From an uncultured Thermoanaerobaculia bacterium (GTDB lineage: Bacteria; Acidobacteriota; Thermoanaerobaculia; Thermoanaerobaculales; Sulfomarinibacteraceae), in the NCBI GenBank assembly GCA_964420405.1, contig CAYQTL010000005.1, positions 8,548 through 72,547 of the forward strand: DNA of 64,000 bases, given 5' to 3'. The position numbers and the translations under genes were made by a program. Shown here in pieces: positions 37,483 through 47,252 of the stretch. A model generated the notes under the pieces. It was not told where the DNA came from and made no database searches. It was given only the letters and a program-made list of their open reading frames with translations. The number at the start of each line of letters is the position of its first letter. Position 1 is the first letter of the stretch.

Positions 37483-38304
37483 GTGATGCTCGATCGCGAT
37501 TCGCTCGCCGCGCCGGGCACACCCGAGCGCGAAATCCTCGACCGGATCGACCCTGACCGGATCCCCCGCCATGTGGCGATCATCATGGACGGCAACGGCC
37601 GCTGGGCCCAGGCCCGCAGCCTGCCGCGGGTCGAGGGCCACCGGGTCGGCATCCGGGCGGTGCGCGACACGGTCGAGACCGCCGTCCGGCTCGGCGTCGG
37701 CACGGTCACGCTGTACGCCTTCTCGACCGAGAACTGGAAACGGCCGCGGCACGAGGTGTCGACCCTCATGTCGCTGCTGAAGGAGTACATCGACCGCGAC
37801 CTCGAGCGGTTCTGCCACAACGGCCTCCGGTTCCGGCCGGTCGGTCGGGTCCAGGAGCTCGATCCGTCGGTGCGACGCGCCCTCGACCGGGCCGTCGCCG
37901 CCACCGCCGAATGCGACCGGATGCTCGTCCAGGTCGCCCTCAACTACTCGGGGCGCCGCGAGATCACCGAGGCCGCCCGCCGGGCGGCGCAGCTCGCCGC
38001 GGCCGGCGAGCTCGACCCTGACGCGGTCGACGAGGCATGGCTCGAAGCGCAGCTCGACACCGCCGGCGTCCCCGACCCCGACCTGCTGATCCGCACCTCC
38101 GGCGAGCAGCGCATCTCCAACTTCCTGCTCTGGCAGATCGCCTACGCCGAGATCTACTTCTGCCCGGTGCTGTGGCCGGACTTCTCGAGCCGCGACCTGT
38201 TCGCGGCGATCCTCGAGTACCAGCGGCGGGAGCGCCGGTTCGGCGGCCTGGCGCCGGCACCCGGCCCCTTCGACTCCCCGGACGAGGCCCGTGGCGAAGC
38301 GTGA
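37483..38304 (+). CDS. uppS: Di-trans,poly-cis-undecaprenyl-diphosphate synthase
   Basis: HVAIIMDGNGRWA, TLYAFSTENWKRP, LIRTSGEQRISNFLLWQIAYAEIYF. Confidence 0.96.
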   Translation: MMLDRDSLAAPGTPEREILDRIDPDRIPRHVAIIMDGNGRWAQARSLPRVEGHRVGIRAVRDTVETAVRLGVGTVTLYAFSTENWKRPRHEVSTLMSLLKEYIDRDLERFCHNGLRFRPVGRVQELDPSVRRALDRAVAATAECDRMLVQVALNYSGRREITEAARRAAQLAAAGELDPDAVDEAWLEAQLDTAGVPDPDLLIRTSGEQRISNFLLWQIAYAEIYFCPVLWPDFSSRDLFAAILEYQRRERRFGGLAPAPGPFDSPDEARGEA

Positions 38305-39115
38305 GGCGTTCGCCTTCGTCGCCGGCCCGCTCGTCCTGGCGGGCACCATCCTGCTGCCGCCGTGGGTGTTCCAGCTCGCGGTGGCGGTGGCGGTCGTGGT
38401 CGCGGCCGACGAGCTGGTGCGGATGGGCGCGGCGGCGGGTGCGGTGTCGAGCCGCTGGGCGGTGCTCCTGCTGACCGCGGGGGTGATGGTGGCCTCGTGG
38501 CGCTGGGGCCCGCTCGGGTTCACCATCGCCGCCGCCGTCACCCTGCTCGTGCTGCCGGTGGTGCGGCTGTGGGGCACCCGCGGCCCCGACGGCAGCTTGG
38601 CGGCGGTCACGGTGGGCAGCTTCACGGTGCTCTTCCTCGGCCTGAGCGGCAGCTGCCTGGGATGGCTCCGGGCGCTGCCCACGGACCCGGCCGGCTGGCA
38701 GCTGGCGCTGCTCTTCCTCCTCACCATCTGGCTCGGCGACTCGGGCGCCTACTACGTCGGGCGATCGCTGGGCCGCCACCGGATGTCGCCGCGGACCAGC
38801 CCCAACAAGACGTGGGAAGGCCTTGCCGGCGGCGTCGCCGCGACCTTCGCCGGCGCGGCCGCGTTCCGCCTGGTGGTCGGCCTGCTGACGGGCATGGAGC
38901 TCGACTGGGGACACACCATGGCGATCGCCGCGATCCTCGCCGTGGCGGCGCCGCTCGGCGACCTGGTGGAGTCCCAGGTCAAGCGCGACACGGGCGTCAA
39001 GGACTCCTCGGGGCTGATACCCGGGCACGGAGGCTTCCTCGACCGGACCGACAGCCTGCTGTACGCCGCGCCGCCGGTCCTCGCCTACCTGCTGGTGACC
39101 GGCGTCGTGCCATGA
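38291..39115 (+). CDS. cdsA: Phosphatidate cytidylyltransferase
   Basis: Multi-TM protein with GDSGAYYVGRSLGRHRM.P..SPNKTWEG and KRDTGVKDSSGLIPGHGGFLDRTDS. Confidence 0.94.
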   Translation: MAKREAFAFVAGPLVLAGTILLPPWVFQLAVAVAVVVAADELVRMGAAAGAVSSRWAVLLLTAGVMVASWRWGPLGFTIAAAVTLLVLPVVRLWGTRGPDGSLAAVTVGSFTVLFLGLSGSCLGWLRALPTDPAGWQLALLFLLTIWLGDSGAYYVGRSLGRHRMSPRTSPNKTWEGLAGGVAATFAGAAAFRLVVGLLTGMELDWGHTMAIAAILAVAAPLGDLVESQVKRDTGVKDSSGLIPGHGGFLDRTDSLLYAAPPVLAYLLVTGVVP

Positions 39116-40296
39116 GGCGGCTGGCGGTCCTCGGCTCGACCGGCTCGATCGGCACCGCCACCCTGTCGGTGGCGGAGGCGATGCCCGACCGGTTCCGGGT
39201 CGTCGGCCTGGCGGCGGGGGGCAACGTCGAGCTGCTGCGGGATCAGGTCGCCCGCCACCGGCCCGGGATCGTCTCGGTCGCGCGCCGGGAGGACGCGGAC
39301 CGCCTGGCGGCCGACGTCCCGGCGGACACCAGGGTCCTGTGGGGCGTGGACGCGCTCGACGAGGTCGCGAGCAGCTCCGGCGCCGACATGCTGGTGGCCG
39401 CGCTGGTCGGCTCCCTCGGCCTACGCTCGACGCTGAGCGCCATCCGGGCCGGGATCGACGTCGCCCTCGCCAACAAGGAGACCCTGGTGGTCGCCGGCGA
39501 GCTCGTGATGGCCGAGGCCGAGGCGCGGGGGGTCCGGGTCCTTCCGGTCGACAGCGAGCACAACGCCATCCACCAGGCCCTCGCCGCCGGCCCCCGGGAA
39601 GCGGTGCGGCGGCTCGTGCTGACCGCGTCCGGCGGCCCCTTCCGAACCTGGACCGGCGACCGGATCCGCTCCGCGAGCCGCCAGGAGGCCCTCGCCCATC
39701 CGACCTGGAGGATGGGCCCCAAGATCACCGTCGACTCCGCGACGATGATGAACAAGGGCCTCGAGATCATCGAGGCGCACCACCTGTTCGGCGTCGCCCC
39801 CGACCGGATCGACGTCGTGGTGCACCCTCAGAGCCTGGTCCACTCGCTGGTGGAGTACGTCGACGGCAGCCTGCTCGCGCAGCTTTCCACCAACGACATG
39901 CGGCTGCCGATCCAGTACGCCCTGACCTGGCCCGAGCGGCTGCCGTCGGAGGTGCCCCGGCTCGACCTCGCCGCCGTCGGCGGGTTGACCTTCGAGCCCC
40001 CCGACCCGGACCGGTTCCCGGCGCTGGACCTCGCCCGCCGCGCCCTCGAGGCCGGCGGCGAGCTGCCGGCGGTGCTCAACGCCGCCAACGAGGTCGCGGT
40101 GGCCCGCTTCCTCGCCGGTGGCTGCGCCTTCGGCGCGATCACCGACGCCGTCGCCGACGTGCTCGGCCAATGGGCCGGCCGCAACCGGTCGGCGAGCTCC
40201 CTCGAGCAGCTGCTCGAGGCTGACCGCGAGGCGCGCGGTCTCGCCACGGCGGCGGTCGGGAAATACGGCCTTCCGGGCGCCCGTTCGGAGCAGTGA
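39112..40296 (+). CDS. dxr: 1-deoxy-D-xylulose-5-phosphate reductoisomerase
   Basis: LAVLGSTGSIGTATL, ANKETLV, PVDSEHNAI, LTASGGPFR and NKGLEIIEAHHLF. ATGA overlap with cdsA. Confidence 0.96.
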   Translation: MRRLAVLGSTGSIGTATLSVAEAMPDRFRVVGLAAGGNVELLRDQVARHRPGIVSVARREDADRLAADVPADTRVLWGVDALDEVASSSGADMLVAALVGSLGLRSTLSAIRAGIDVALANKETLVVAGELVMAEAEARGVRVLPVDSEHNAIHQALAAGPREAVRRLVLTASGGPFRTWTGDRIRSASRQEALAHPTWRMGPKITVDSATMMNKGLEIIEAHHLFGVAPDRIDVVVHPQSLVHSLVEYVDGSLLAQLSTNDMRLPIQYALTWPERLPSEVPRLDLAAVGGLTFEPPDPDRFPALDLARRALEAGGELPAVLNAANEVAVARFLAGGCAFGAITDAVADVLGQWAGRNRSASSLEQLLEADREARGLATAAVGKYGLPGARSEQ

Positions 40297-41636
40297 TGTT
40301 GGACGGTCTGGTCGCCATCGTGGCATTCGTCTTCGTTCTCGGCGTGCTGGTGATCCTGCACGAGGCCGGGCACTTTCTCGCCGCGCGCTGGCTGGGTGCC
40401 CGGGTCGAGGTGTTCTCGGTCGGGTTCGGCAAGCGGCTGTGGGGCGTGCAGCGCGGCGACACCGACTACCGCGTGTCGGCGGTGCCGTTCGGCGGCTACG
40501 TCCGGATCGTCGGGCTCGGACCCGACGAGTCGTCGGTGACCGGCTCGGAGGCGGAGGACGCCGAGCTCCTGCCGCGCTGGAAGCGGGCCCTGATCCTCGT
40601 GGCGGGCCCCCTCGCCAACGTCGCCTTCGCGGTGGTGTTCCTCGCGGTCGCGTTCATGATCGGGGTCGAGGTGCCGGCCTACCGCGCCGAGCCCCCCGTG
40701 GTCGGATGGGTCGAGCCGGAGTCGCCCGCTGCCGAGGCCGGGATCCGTCCCGGCGACCTCGTGACGAGGGTCGACGGCCAGCGGATCGGGTCGTGGCGCC
40801 AGCTCGAGACCTCGGTGCTCACCGCCGGCGCCCGCCGGCTGCCCCTCACCCTCGAGCGGGACGGGCGCACCCTCACCGTCGAGATGACGCCCACCGAGTT
40901 CTCCCGCTACGGGTTCGGCTACGCCGGCGTGCTGCCGCCGCTGGACTCGACGGTCGTCCAGATGCTGCCCGGCTCGCCCGCCGAGCGCGCCGGGCTGGAG
41001 CCCGGCGACCGGATCGTCGCCGTCGAGGGCGAGCCGGTGGAGCAGTTCTACGACCTGATCCGGCTCATCTCGCCCCATCCCGGCGAGGAGATCGAGCTGC
41101 GGGTGGAGCGCGACGGCCGGGTGCGGGACCTCGACGTGGTGCCCGGCGACGAGGGGGGCGAGGGCAAGATCGGCATCGCCCTGGTGTTCCCGAGCGAGCT
41201 CCGCCATCTCGGCCCGCTGGCCGCGGTGCGCGCCGGCGCGGTCGAGAGCTGGCGCATGACGATCGAGACCTTCCGCGTGCTCGGTCGGCTGCTGACGCTG
41301 AAGACGTCGCTCAAGCAGGTGTCGGGACCGCTCGACATCGCCCGCATCTCGGGCGAAGCGGCACGCACCGGAGTCCACTCGCTGATCTGGCTGATGGGAC
41401 TGATCTCGCTGCAGCTCGGCATCTTCAACCTGCTGCCGATCCCGATCCTCGACGGCGGCCACCTGACGATCATCGCGTTCGAGTCGACCATCCGGCGCGA
41501 CCTGTCGCTGCGCGTCAAGGAGCGGATCCTGGAGGTCGGCTTCGTGCTGCTGGTGGTGCTGATGGTGGTGGTGCTGTTCAACGACGTCGTCAAGCTTCTG
41601 CCCGACAGCGTCTACCGGCTGATCTTCCGAAGCTGA
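40293..41636 (+). CDS. rseP: RIP metalloprotease RseP (site-2 protease) with PDZ domains
   Basis: HEAGHFLAARWLG (HExxH), two PDZ-like segments, and C-terminal LNLLPIPILDGGH. Confidence 0.94.
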   Translation: MMLDGLVAIVAFVFVLGVLVILHEAGHFLAARWLGARVEVFSVGFGKRLWGVQRGDTDYRVSAVPFGGYVRIVGLGPDESSVTGSEAEDAELLPRWKRALILVAGPLANVAFAVVFLAVAFMIGVEVPAYRAEPPVVGWVEPESPAAEAGIRPGDLVTRVDGQRIGSWRQLETSVLTAGARRLPLTLERDGRTLTVEMTPTEFSRYGFGYAGVLPPLDSTVVQMLPGSPAERAGLEPGDRIVAVEGEPVEQFYDLIRLISPHPGEEIELRVERDGRVRDLDVVPGDEGGEGKIGIALVFPSELRHLGPLAAVRAGAVESWRMTIETFRVLGRLLTLKTSLKQVSGPLDIARISGEAARTGVHSLIWLMGLISLQLGIFNLLPIPILDGGHLTIIAFESTIRRDLSLRVKERILEVGFVLLVVLMVVVLFNDVVKLLPDSVYRLIFRS

Positions 41637-41681
41637 TCTGCGTCACTGGCGGGACCGGCCACGCGTGGTACATTTCCGCCG

Positions 41682-42383
41682 ATGTGGGTGCGGATCGCGG
41701 CGGTGGTGCTGTTCGGGGCGGCGATGGCGGTCGTCGGATGGAGCGCCCTGGTGAACGCCGTCCACTCGGGAACCCTGGCCGTGCCCGACCTGCGCCGGAT
41801 GACGCCCGAGGCGGCGCGGCAACAGGCGCACGACGTCGGCCTCGAGCTGGTTGTGGACGGCACGGGGGTGTTCTCGGCGTCGGTCCCGGTGGGGGAGATC
41901 GCCGACCAGGACCCGCTGCCGGGCTTCCACGTCAAGACCGGCTCGGTGGTGCTGGTCCGCCCGAGCCTCGGTGGCGAGCGGGTGGCGGTGCCACCGGTGG
42001 CCGGAGAGTCGGTCCGGGCCGCGGTCGGAGCTCTCGAGCAGGCCGGCCTGGCGGTCGGCGAGCGCGCGACCGTCCACGGCCAGGGCGCCGGCGAGGGGGT
42101 GATCGGCACCTCGCCCCCGGTCGGGCGGGAGGTACCGCCGGGGACCCCGGTTCACCTGCTGGTCAACGCCACGCCGCGCCGTCCGGCCTGGGTGATGCCG
42201 TCCCTGCTGTCGTCCTCGGCCGCGGAGGTGTCGCGTCTGTGCCGCGCCCACCAGCTCCGGCTCGGCCAGGTCCACCGCGTCCCCTACCCCGGCGTCCCCG
42301 CGGGGCTGGTGCTGCGCCAGTACCCCCCGGCCGGGTCGCCGATGCGGCAGTCGGACATCGTCGCCGTGTGGGTGAGCGAGTGA
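41682..42383 (+). CDS. Membrane-anchored protein with three PASTA-like repeats
   Basis: N-terminal TM helix, then three repeats of about 65 aa (VPDLRRMTPEAARQQAHDVGL..., VPPVAGESVRAAVGALEQAGL..., MPSLLSSSAAEVSRLCRAHQL...). Confidence 0.8.
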   Translation: MWVRIAAVVLFGAAMAVVGWSALVNAVHSGTLAVPDLRRMTPEAARQQAHDVGLELVVDGTGVFSASVPVGEIADQDPLPGFHVKTGSVVLVRPSLGGERVAVPPVAGESVRAAVGALEQAGLAVGERATVHGQGAGEGVIGTSPPVGREVPPGTPVHLLVNATPRRPAWVMPSLLSSSAAEVSRLCRAHQLRLGQVHRVPYPGVPAGLVLRQYPPAGSPMRQSDIVAVWVSE

Positions 42384-43042
42384 GCGTCCGCATCGCACCG
42401 TCGCTGCTGTCGGCCGACTTCGCCCGCCTCGGCGAGGAGGTCGCCGAGGTCGAGGCCGCCGGCGCCGACCTGCTGCATCTCGACATCATGGACGGCCGGT
42501 TCGTGCCGAACCTCACGTTCGGCCCGCCGGTGGTGGCGGCGGTCGCCGCCGCGACGCGGCTGCCGCTGGACGCCCACCTGATGGTCGCCAGCCCGGACCC
42601 GCTGCTCGCGCCGCTCGCCGACGCCGGCGTCCGCCGGATCTCGGTCCACGTGGAGACCTGCGTCCATCTCCACCGTACCCTGGCGGCGATCCGCGAGCAC
42701 GGGGCTGCGGCCGGGGTCGCCGTCAACCCGGCGACCGCGCTCGCTGCGCTCGAGGACGCCCTGCCCTTCGCCGACTTCGTGCTGGTGATGTCGGTGGACC
42801 CGGGCTTCGGCGGGCAGCGGTTCCTCCACGAGAGCCTCGACAAGGTCCGTCGCCTGCGCCGCATGCTCGGTGGCCGACCCCTCGACGTGGCGGTCGACGG
42901 CGGCGTCGGCGCGGCCACCGCCGCCGACCTCGTCGCCGCCGGGGCGACCACCCTGATCGCCGGCTCGGCCGTGTTCGGCCGGCCGGACCGCCGCGCGGCC
43001 GTCGCCGAGCTGCGACGCGCGGCCGAAGGAGCCCGATCATGA
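42380..43042 (+). CDS. rpe: Ribulose-phosphate 3-epimerase
   Basis: IAPSLLSADFARLGEEV...LHLDIMDGRFVPNLTFG...DAHLMV...VMSVDPGFGGQRF. GTGA overlap with the upstream stop. Confidence 0.95.
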   Translation: MSVRIAPSLLSADFARLGEEVAEVEAAGADLLHLDIMDGRFVPNLTFGPPVVAAVAAATRLPLDAHLMVASPDPLLAPLADAGVRRISVHVETCVHLHRTLAAIREHGAAAGVAVNPATALAALEDALPFADFVLVMSVDPGFGGQRFLHESLDKVRRLRRMLGGRPLDVAVDGGVGAATAADLVAAGATTLIAGSAVFGRPDRRAAVAELRRAAEGARS

Positions 43043-43845
43043 CTGCTTCCGTCCGCCGCCTGCTCGGCGGCTGTGCCGTGCTGCTCGCCGTTCTCGCGAC
43101 GGCGGTCGGGTGCTCGTCGACCCGCGACGAGGACCAGATCCTGCAGGAGCTCGCCAACCTCGACAAGGAGACGATCTACGAGCGCGCCGAGGCGCTCTAC
43201 CAGGACGGTGAGTACGAGCAGGCGCGGCGCTACTTCTCGTTCGTGTACGACACCTTCCCCAACGACCCCCTCGGCCACAAGGCGGCGCTGCGGGTCGCCG
43301 ACACCTACGCGGTCAGGAAGGACGTGACGAGCCTCACCGAGGCGCGGCTACGGTACCGCGACTTCGCCAACCGCTACCCCAACGACCCCGATCGGGACTA
43401 CGCCCTGATGATGGTCGGTCGCACCTACAGCGCGCGCAAGATGCGGCCCGATCGCGACCTGTCCAGCATCCACGAGGCGTTGGACGCCTACCGGCAGCTG
43501 ATCAACCTCTACCCGGACTCCGAGCACGCCGCCACGGCGCAGGAGGAGATCGGCGAGCTGCGGGAGCTGCTCGCCGAGCACGAGTGGATCGTGGCGCAGT
43601 TTTACGAGCGCAACAAGCGTTGGGTCGGCGCCCTCTGGCGGCTCGAATACCTCCAGGAAAACTACCCCGATTTCTCGCGGATCGACGAGGTCGAAGCGAT
43701 GGTCGAAACGCTCGAAGCCACGATGGCCGAGCAGGAACGCAGGTTCCGCGAGCTGATCGAACAGCGGTCGGCTTCGGCCGGGAAATCCGACGCCGAAGAC
43801 GAGCCCGAACAGGAGCCGGACGCGGTCGAATCCGGCCAGGATTGA
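43039..43845 (+). CDS. bamD: Outer membrane protein assembly factor BamD (lipoprotein, TPR)
   Basis: Lipobox LATAVGC, then TPR content (YERAEALYQDGEYEQARRYF, RYRDFANRYPNDP, YRQLINLYPDSEHA). ATGA overlap with rpe. Confidence 0.85.
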   Translation: MTASVRRLLGGCAVLLAVLATAVGCSSTRDEDQILQELANLDKETIYERAEALYQDGEYEQARRYFSFVYDTFPNDPLGHKAALRVADTYAVRKDVTSLTEARLRYRDFANRYPNDPDRDYALMMVGRTYSARKMRPDRDLSSIHEALDAYRQLINLYPDSEHAATAQEEIGELRELLAEHEWIVAQFYERNKRWVGALWRLEYLQENYPDFSRIDEVEAMVETLEATMAEQERRFRELIEQRSASAGKSDAEDEPEQEPDAVESGQD

Positions 43846-43903
43846 CGCTCCGGGAGGCGTGGAGTAATCTACTCATGTGTTTCAGGTTGCGGGGAGAGGG
43901 ACA

Positions 43904-45028
43904 ATGAAGGCCAGCATCCAGTTCGCCGTCGTCGTCGCGATCGTACCTCTGCTCGCCGGCGCACAGGCCGTGGCGCCGCCGCCACAGCCCCTGCGGTACG
44001 TCGACGGTCACTGGACGCCGTACGACCCGCCGACGGAGTTCCCCGAGGGAGCCACGATCCACGTCGTCGAGCGCGGCGACACGCTGTGGGACCTCGCCGA
44101 CCGCTACCTCGGCGACCCCTATCTGTGGCCCCAGATCTGGGAGCGGAACCCGTACATCCTGGACTCCCACTGGATCTACCCCGGCGATCCGATCGTGATC
44201 GACGTGGCGGTGGTGCAGCCTCCGACCGAGGTCGAGGACATCGCCACGAAGGACACGGTCGTGTCGGAGTACGAGCCGGCGCCGGCGGAGCCCGGCGGCC
44301 GGCCGGAGGACCTCGGCGAGGTCGACGTGTCGCCGGACCTGCCCCACCCGCTCGGCAGCTCGGCGGACGTGTACTGCTTCGCACGCCTGTTCGACGAGGG
44401 GTCGGCGTTCCCGTTCACGATCGTCTCGGCGGAGCGTGTCCAGTACCAGAGCCAGTTCACCGAAGGTGAGGTCGTGTACATCGACGGTGGCGTCGCGCAG
44501 GGGGTGGCCGCCGGCGACCGCTTCTTTGTCTTCGAGCGCGACCGGCTGCTCAGGCATCCCGTGTCGAACGGCTCGATGGGCCGGATCTACCGTCAGGTCG
44601 GCCAGCTCCGGGTGCTGTGCGCCCAGGAGGACTCCTCGATCGCCGAGGTCACCTTCGCCTGCGACCCGGTGGAGATCGGCCACAGCCTGCTGCCGTTCTC
44701 GCCGATCCCGGTGCCGCTCGTCACCCTGCCGGACCCGACCGACCGGTGCGACGAGCCCAACGGCAAGCCGACGGGGTACGTGGTCTACAACCGGGACGAC
44801 GTGGTGGAGGCGATGCCCGAGGGCGCCTTGATGGTCGACCTGGGCCAGGCGGACGGGATCTTCCCGGGTCAGTTCGCGACCGTGTTCCGCGACAACCCCG
44901 TTGAAGGGTTGCCGCGGCTGGTGGTGGGCGAGATCGGATTCCTGACGGCCGAGGACGGTTACTCGACCGCCAAGATCACCCGCGGCTGGGCGCCCATCAA
45001 CGTCGGCGACCGGATCGAGCTGAAGTGA
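43904..45028 (+). CDS. Secreted LysM domain protein
   Basis: Signal peptide MKASIQFAVVVAIVPLLAGAQA. LysM motif HVVERGDTLWDLADRYLGDPYLWPQIWERNPYILDSHWIYPGDPI. SD GGGGAGAGGG. Confidence 0.85.
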   Translation: MKASIQFAVVVAIVPLLAGAQAVAPPPQPLRYVDGHWTPYDPPTEFPEGATIHVVERGDTLWDLADRYLGDPYLWPQIWERNPYILDSHWIYPGDPIVIDVAVVQPPTEVEDIATKDTVVSEYEPAPAEPGGRPEDLGEVDVSPDLPHPLGSSADVYCFARLFDEGSAFPFTIVSAERVQYQSQFTEGEVVYIDGGVAQGVAAGDRFFVFERDRLLRHPVSNGSMGRIYRQVGQLRVLCAQEDSSIAEVTFACDPVEIGHSLLPFSPIPVPLVTLPDPTDRCDEPNGKPTGYVVYNRDDVVEAMPEGALMVDLGQADGIFPGQFATVFRDNPVEGLPRLVVGEIGFLTAEDGYSTAKITRGWAPINVGDRIELK

Positions 45029-45118
45029 GCTGAGAGCCCCGGCGGACGCCCCCCGGCGGCCGTCGCTGCGGATGGCCATCCTCATGCGACCCGCGCGCGC
45101 CGATGGTATGGTCGCCGC

Positions 45119-45598
45119 ATGATGCCGGACTGGGTGTGGAGCGAGGACGACCGGCGATGGATGGCGGTCGCCTTCGAGGAGGCCGCGGCCGCCGCGGACC
45201 GCGGCGAGGTCCCGGTGGGGGCCGTCCTGGTGCGTGCCGGCGAGCTGCTGGCCCGGGCCGGCAACCGGCGCCAGACCGACGCTGACCCGGGCGGCCACGC
45301 CGAGCTGCTCGCCCTGCGCCTCGGCGGCGCACGGCTCGGCGACTGGCGGCTCGACGGCTGCACGCTCTACGTCACGCTCGAGCCGTGCGCGATGTGCGTC
45401 GCGGCATGCCGCCAAGCCCGGCTCGACCTCGTGGTGTGGGGCGCTGCCGACCCCAGGGGCGGGGCGTGCGGGACGGTCGTCGACCACGCCCGCGCCGACG
45501 CCCTCGGGGCGGCGCTGGCCCACCGGGGCGGGCTGGAGGCCGACCGCTCGCGTCGCCTGCTGCAGGCGTTCTTTGCGAAACGACGCGTCCCGGTGTAG
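45119..45598 (+). CDS. tadA: tRNA adenosine(34) deaminase
   Basis: HAELLAL and TLEPCAMCVAA (CDA zinc motifs), and EVPVGAVLV. Confidence 0.93.
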   Translation: MMPDWVWSEDDRRWMAVAFEEAAAAADRGEVPVGAVLVRAGELLARAGNRRQTDADPGGHAELLALRLGGARLGDWRLDGCTLYVTLEPCAMCVAACRQARLDLVVWGAADPRGGACGTVVDHARADALGAALAHRGGLEADRSRRLLQAFFAKRRVPV

Positions 45599-45614
45599 AA
45601 TGTCGGGCCGCCGC

Positions 45615-45705
<91 letters not shown>

Positions 45706-45729
45706 CCAGCTCTTTGTCACGTCACGTCC

Positions 45730-45819
<90 letters not shown>

Positions 45820-45968
45820 GTGCTCCCCGGAGCCCGGGATGGAGCCCGGGCCTTGTGCATCGCCGCTCGCCGAACCGTGTCAGGCCCGGAAGGGAGCAGC
45901 ACTCAGGCGAACAACGGCGAGTGCCGCAAGTCGCCTGGGCTCCATCGCGGGCTCCGCGTCCTCCACGG

Positions 45969-46005
45969 CCCGACCCCCGCCCCGATCCCGATCCCGATCC
46001 CGACG
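45969..46005 (-). repeat. Orphan hexamer array TCGTC-(GGGATC)3-GGGGCGGGGGTCGGG (G-rich on minus strand)
   Basis: Three perfect units plus three more G-tracts. Lies downstream of the GT gene stop (46089) and convergent with the tRNA-Ser pair. No annotated gene follows it. Confidence 0.85.
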
Positions 46006-46088
46006 AAGACATATCTCGTCAGCGGTCACCTCGCGAGATCCGCGGGACGAGCGCCCGCGATCCCGGGCAGCCCGCTCGCCCGACACCG

Positions 46089-47189
46089 TCAGGTCGGACC
46101 GGGATCCACCTCTCCGATCCCCATCAGGCCTGCGATCGCCGCCGCCGCCTCCGCCGCGCCGCCGACCTGTTCGGGCATCCGCGGCAGCGCGAGCAGCTCC
46201 TCGAGCCGGGCCATCCAGCCGCCGCTCTCGAGCTCATCCCGGTCGATCCGTGTGGCGGACATCTCCCGCTCGACCCAGCCCGACACCGGCGCGGACTCCG
46301 GGAACCGGTCCCGGGCGACGTAGGCGAACGGGACCCCGGCGGTCCACGTCTCGGCGACCGTCGAGTAGCCGAGCTTGCCGACCACCAGGTCGGCGTCGCG
46401 CACCAGGTCGGGGTGGAAGTGGACGGATCGGTGCGGCAGCGGGATCAGCCCCTGGGAGCGCTCGATCGAGGGTGCGCCGCCCGGCACCACCACCACCGCA
46501 CGACGCTGGGACCGCAGCCTTTCGATCTCACGGGGGAGCCCGGGCACGCCCCCCATCGAGACCAGCACCATCGGGCGGTCGGGGGGGATGCCGAGCCGGC
46601 GGCGCACCTCGCCCCGCGGGCTGCGCCGCCGCCGCGCGACCGGCGGTACCCGGAGGGCGCCCGCCGCGGGCTCGCAGAAGGGCTCGGCCTGGATCCTGAG
46701 CGTGGCGGCCGCGCTCACCGGTGCGAGCCGCTCGGCCCACGCCCCGAGCTCGGAGCCGTAGGCCCGGTAGATGAAGTCCCACGTGAAGTTCTCGAGCAGC
46801 ACGGCGGGGACACCCATCCGCGCCGCCAGGCCGAGCCCGAGGGGCGCGATGTCCGCCACGATGACCTTCGGTCGCAGGTGTCCGAGGTCGGCGGCGAGAC
46901 GGCCGACGCCCTCCCAGCGGCATCCGATCACATTCTCGAGTCGCGCCGCGGTGGCGGCGGCATCCTCGTCGAACGGACCCCGCTGGACGAGGCCCACGTC
47001 GACCTCCACCGGGTGGAGGCGCAGGTCGATCTCGGCCGGGAGCGCGTCGGTGAAGAACCACTCGGGGACGGTGGTGGCGATGTCGACCCGCAGCCCCGGG
47101 ACGAGCCCGACGAGTGCCTCGATCACGGCGGAGGCACGCGCCGCGTGACCGAAACCGTGTGGCGACACCACGAACAGAGCCGAGAGCAC
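46089..47189 (-). CDS. Glycosyltransferase, GT-B fold (GT1/GT28-like)
   Basis: LFVVSPHGFGHAARASAVIEAL..., C-terminal LVVGKLGYSTVAETWTAGVPFAYV. GTG 47189 chosen and the start is uncertain. Confidence 0.75.
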   Translation of the reverse strand: MLSALFVVSPHGFGHAARASAVIEALVGLVPGLRVDIATTVPEWFFTDALPAEIDLRLHPVEVDVGLVQRGPFDEDAAATAARLENVIGCRWEGVGRLAADLGHLRPKVIVADIAPLGLGLAARMGVPAVLLENFTWDFIYRAYGSELGAWAERLAPVSAAATLRIQAEPFCEPAAGALRVPPVARRRRSPRGEVRRRLGIPPDRPMVLVSMGGVPGLPREIERLRSQRRAVVVVPGGAPSIERSQGLIPLPHRSVHFHPDLVRDADLVVGKLGYSTVAETWTAGVPFAYVARDRFPESAPVSGWVEREMSATRIDRDELESGGWMARLEELLALPRMPEQVGGAAEAAAAIAGLMGIGEVDPGPT

Positions 47190-47252
47190 GGCGGGGAGTC
47201 TACGACAGTCCGGCGGACGGCTGGAGGGAACGAGCGTGGTACGATCGCCGAC

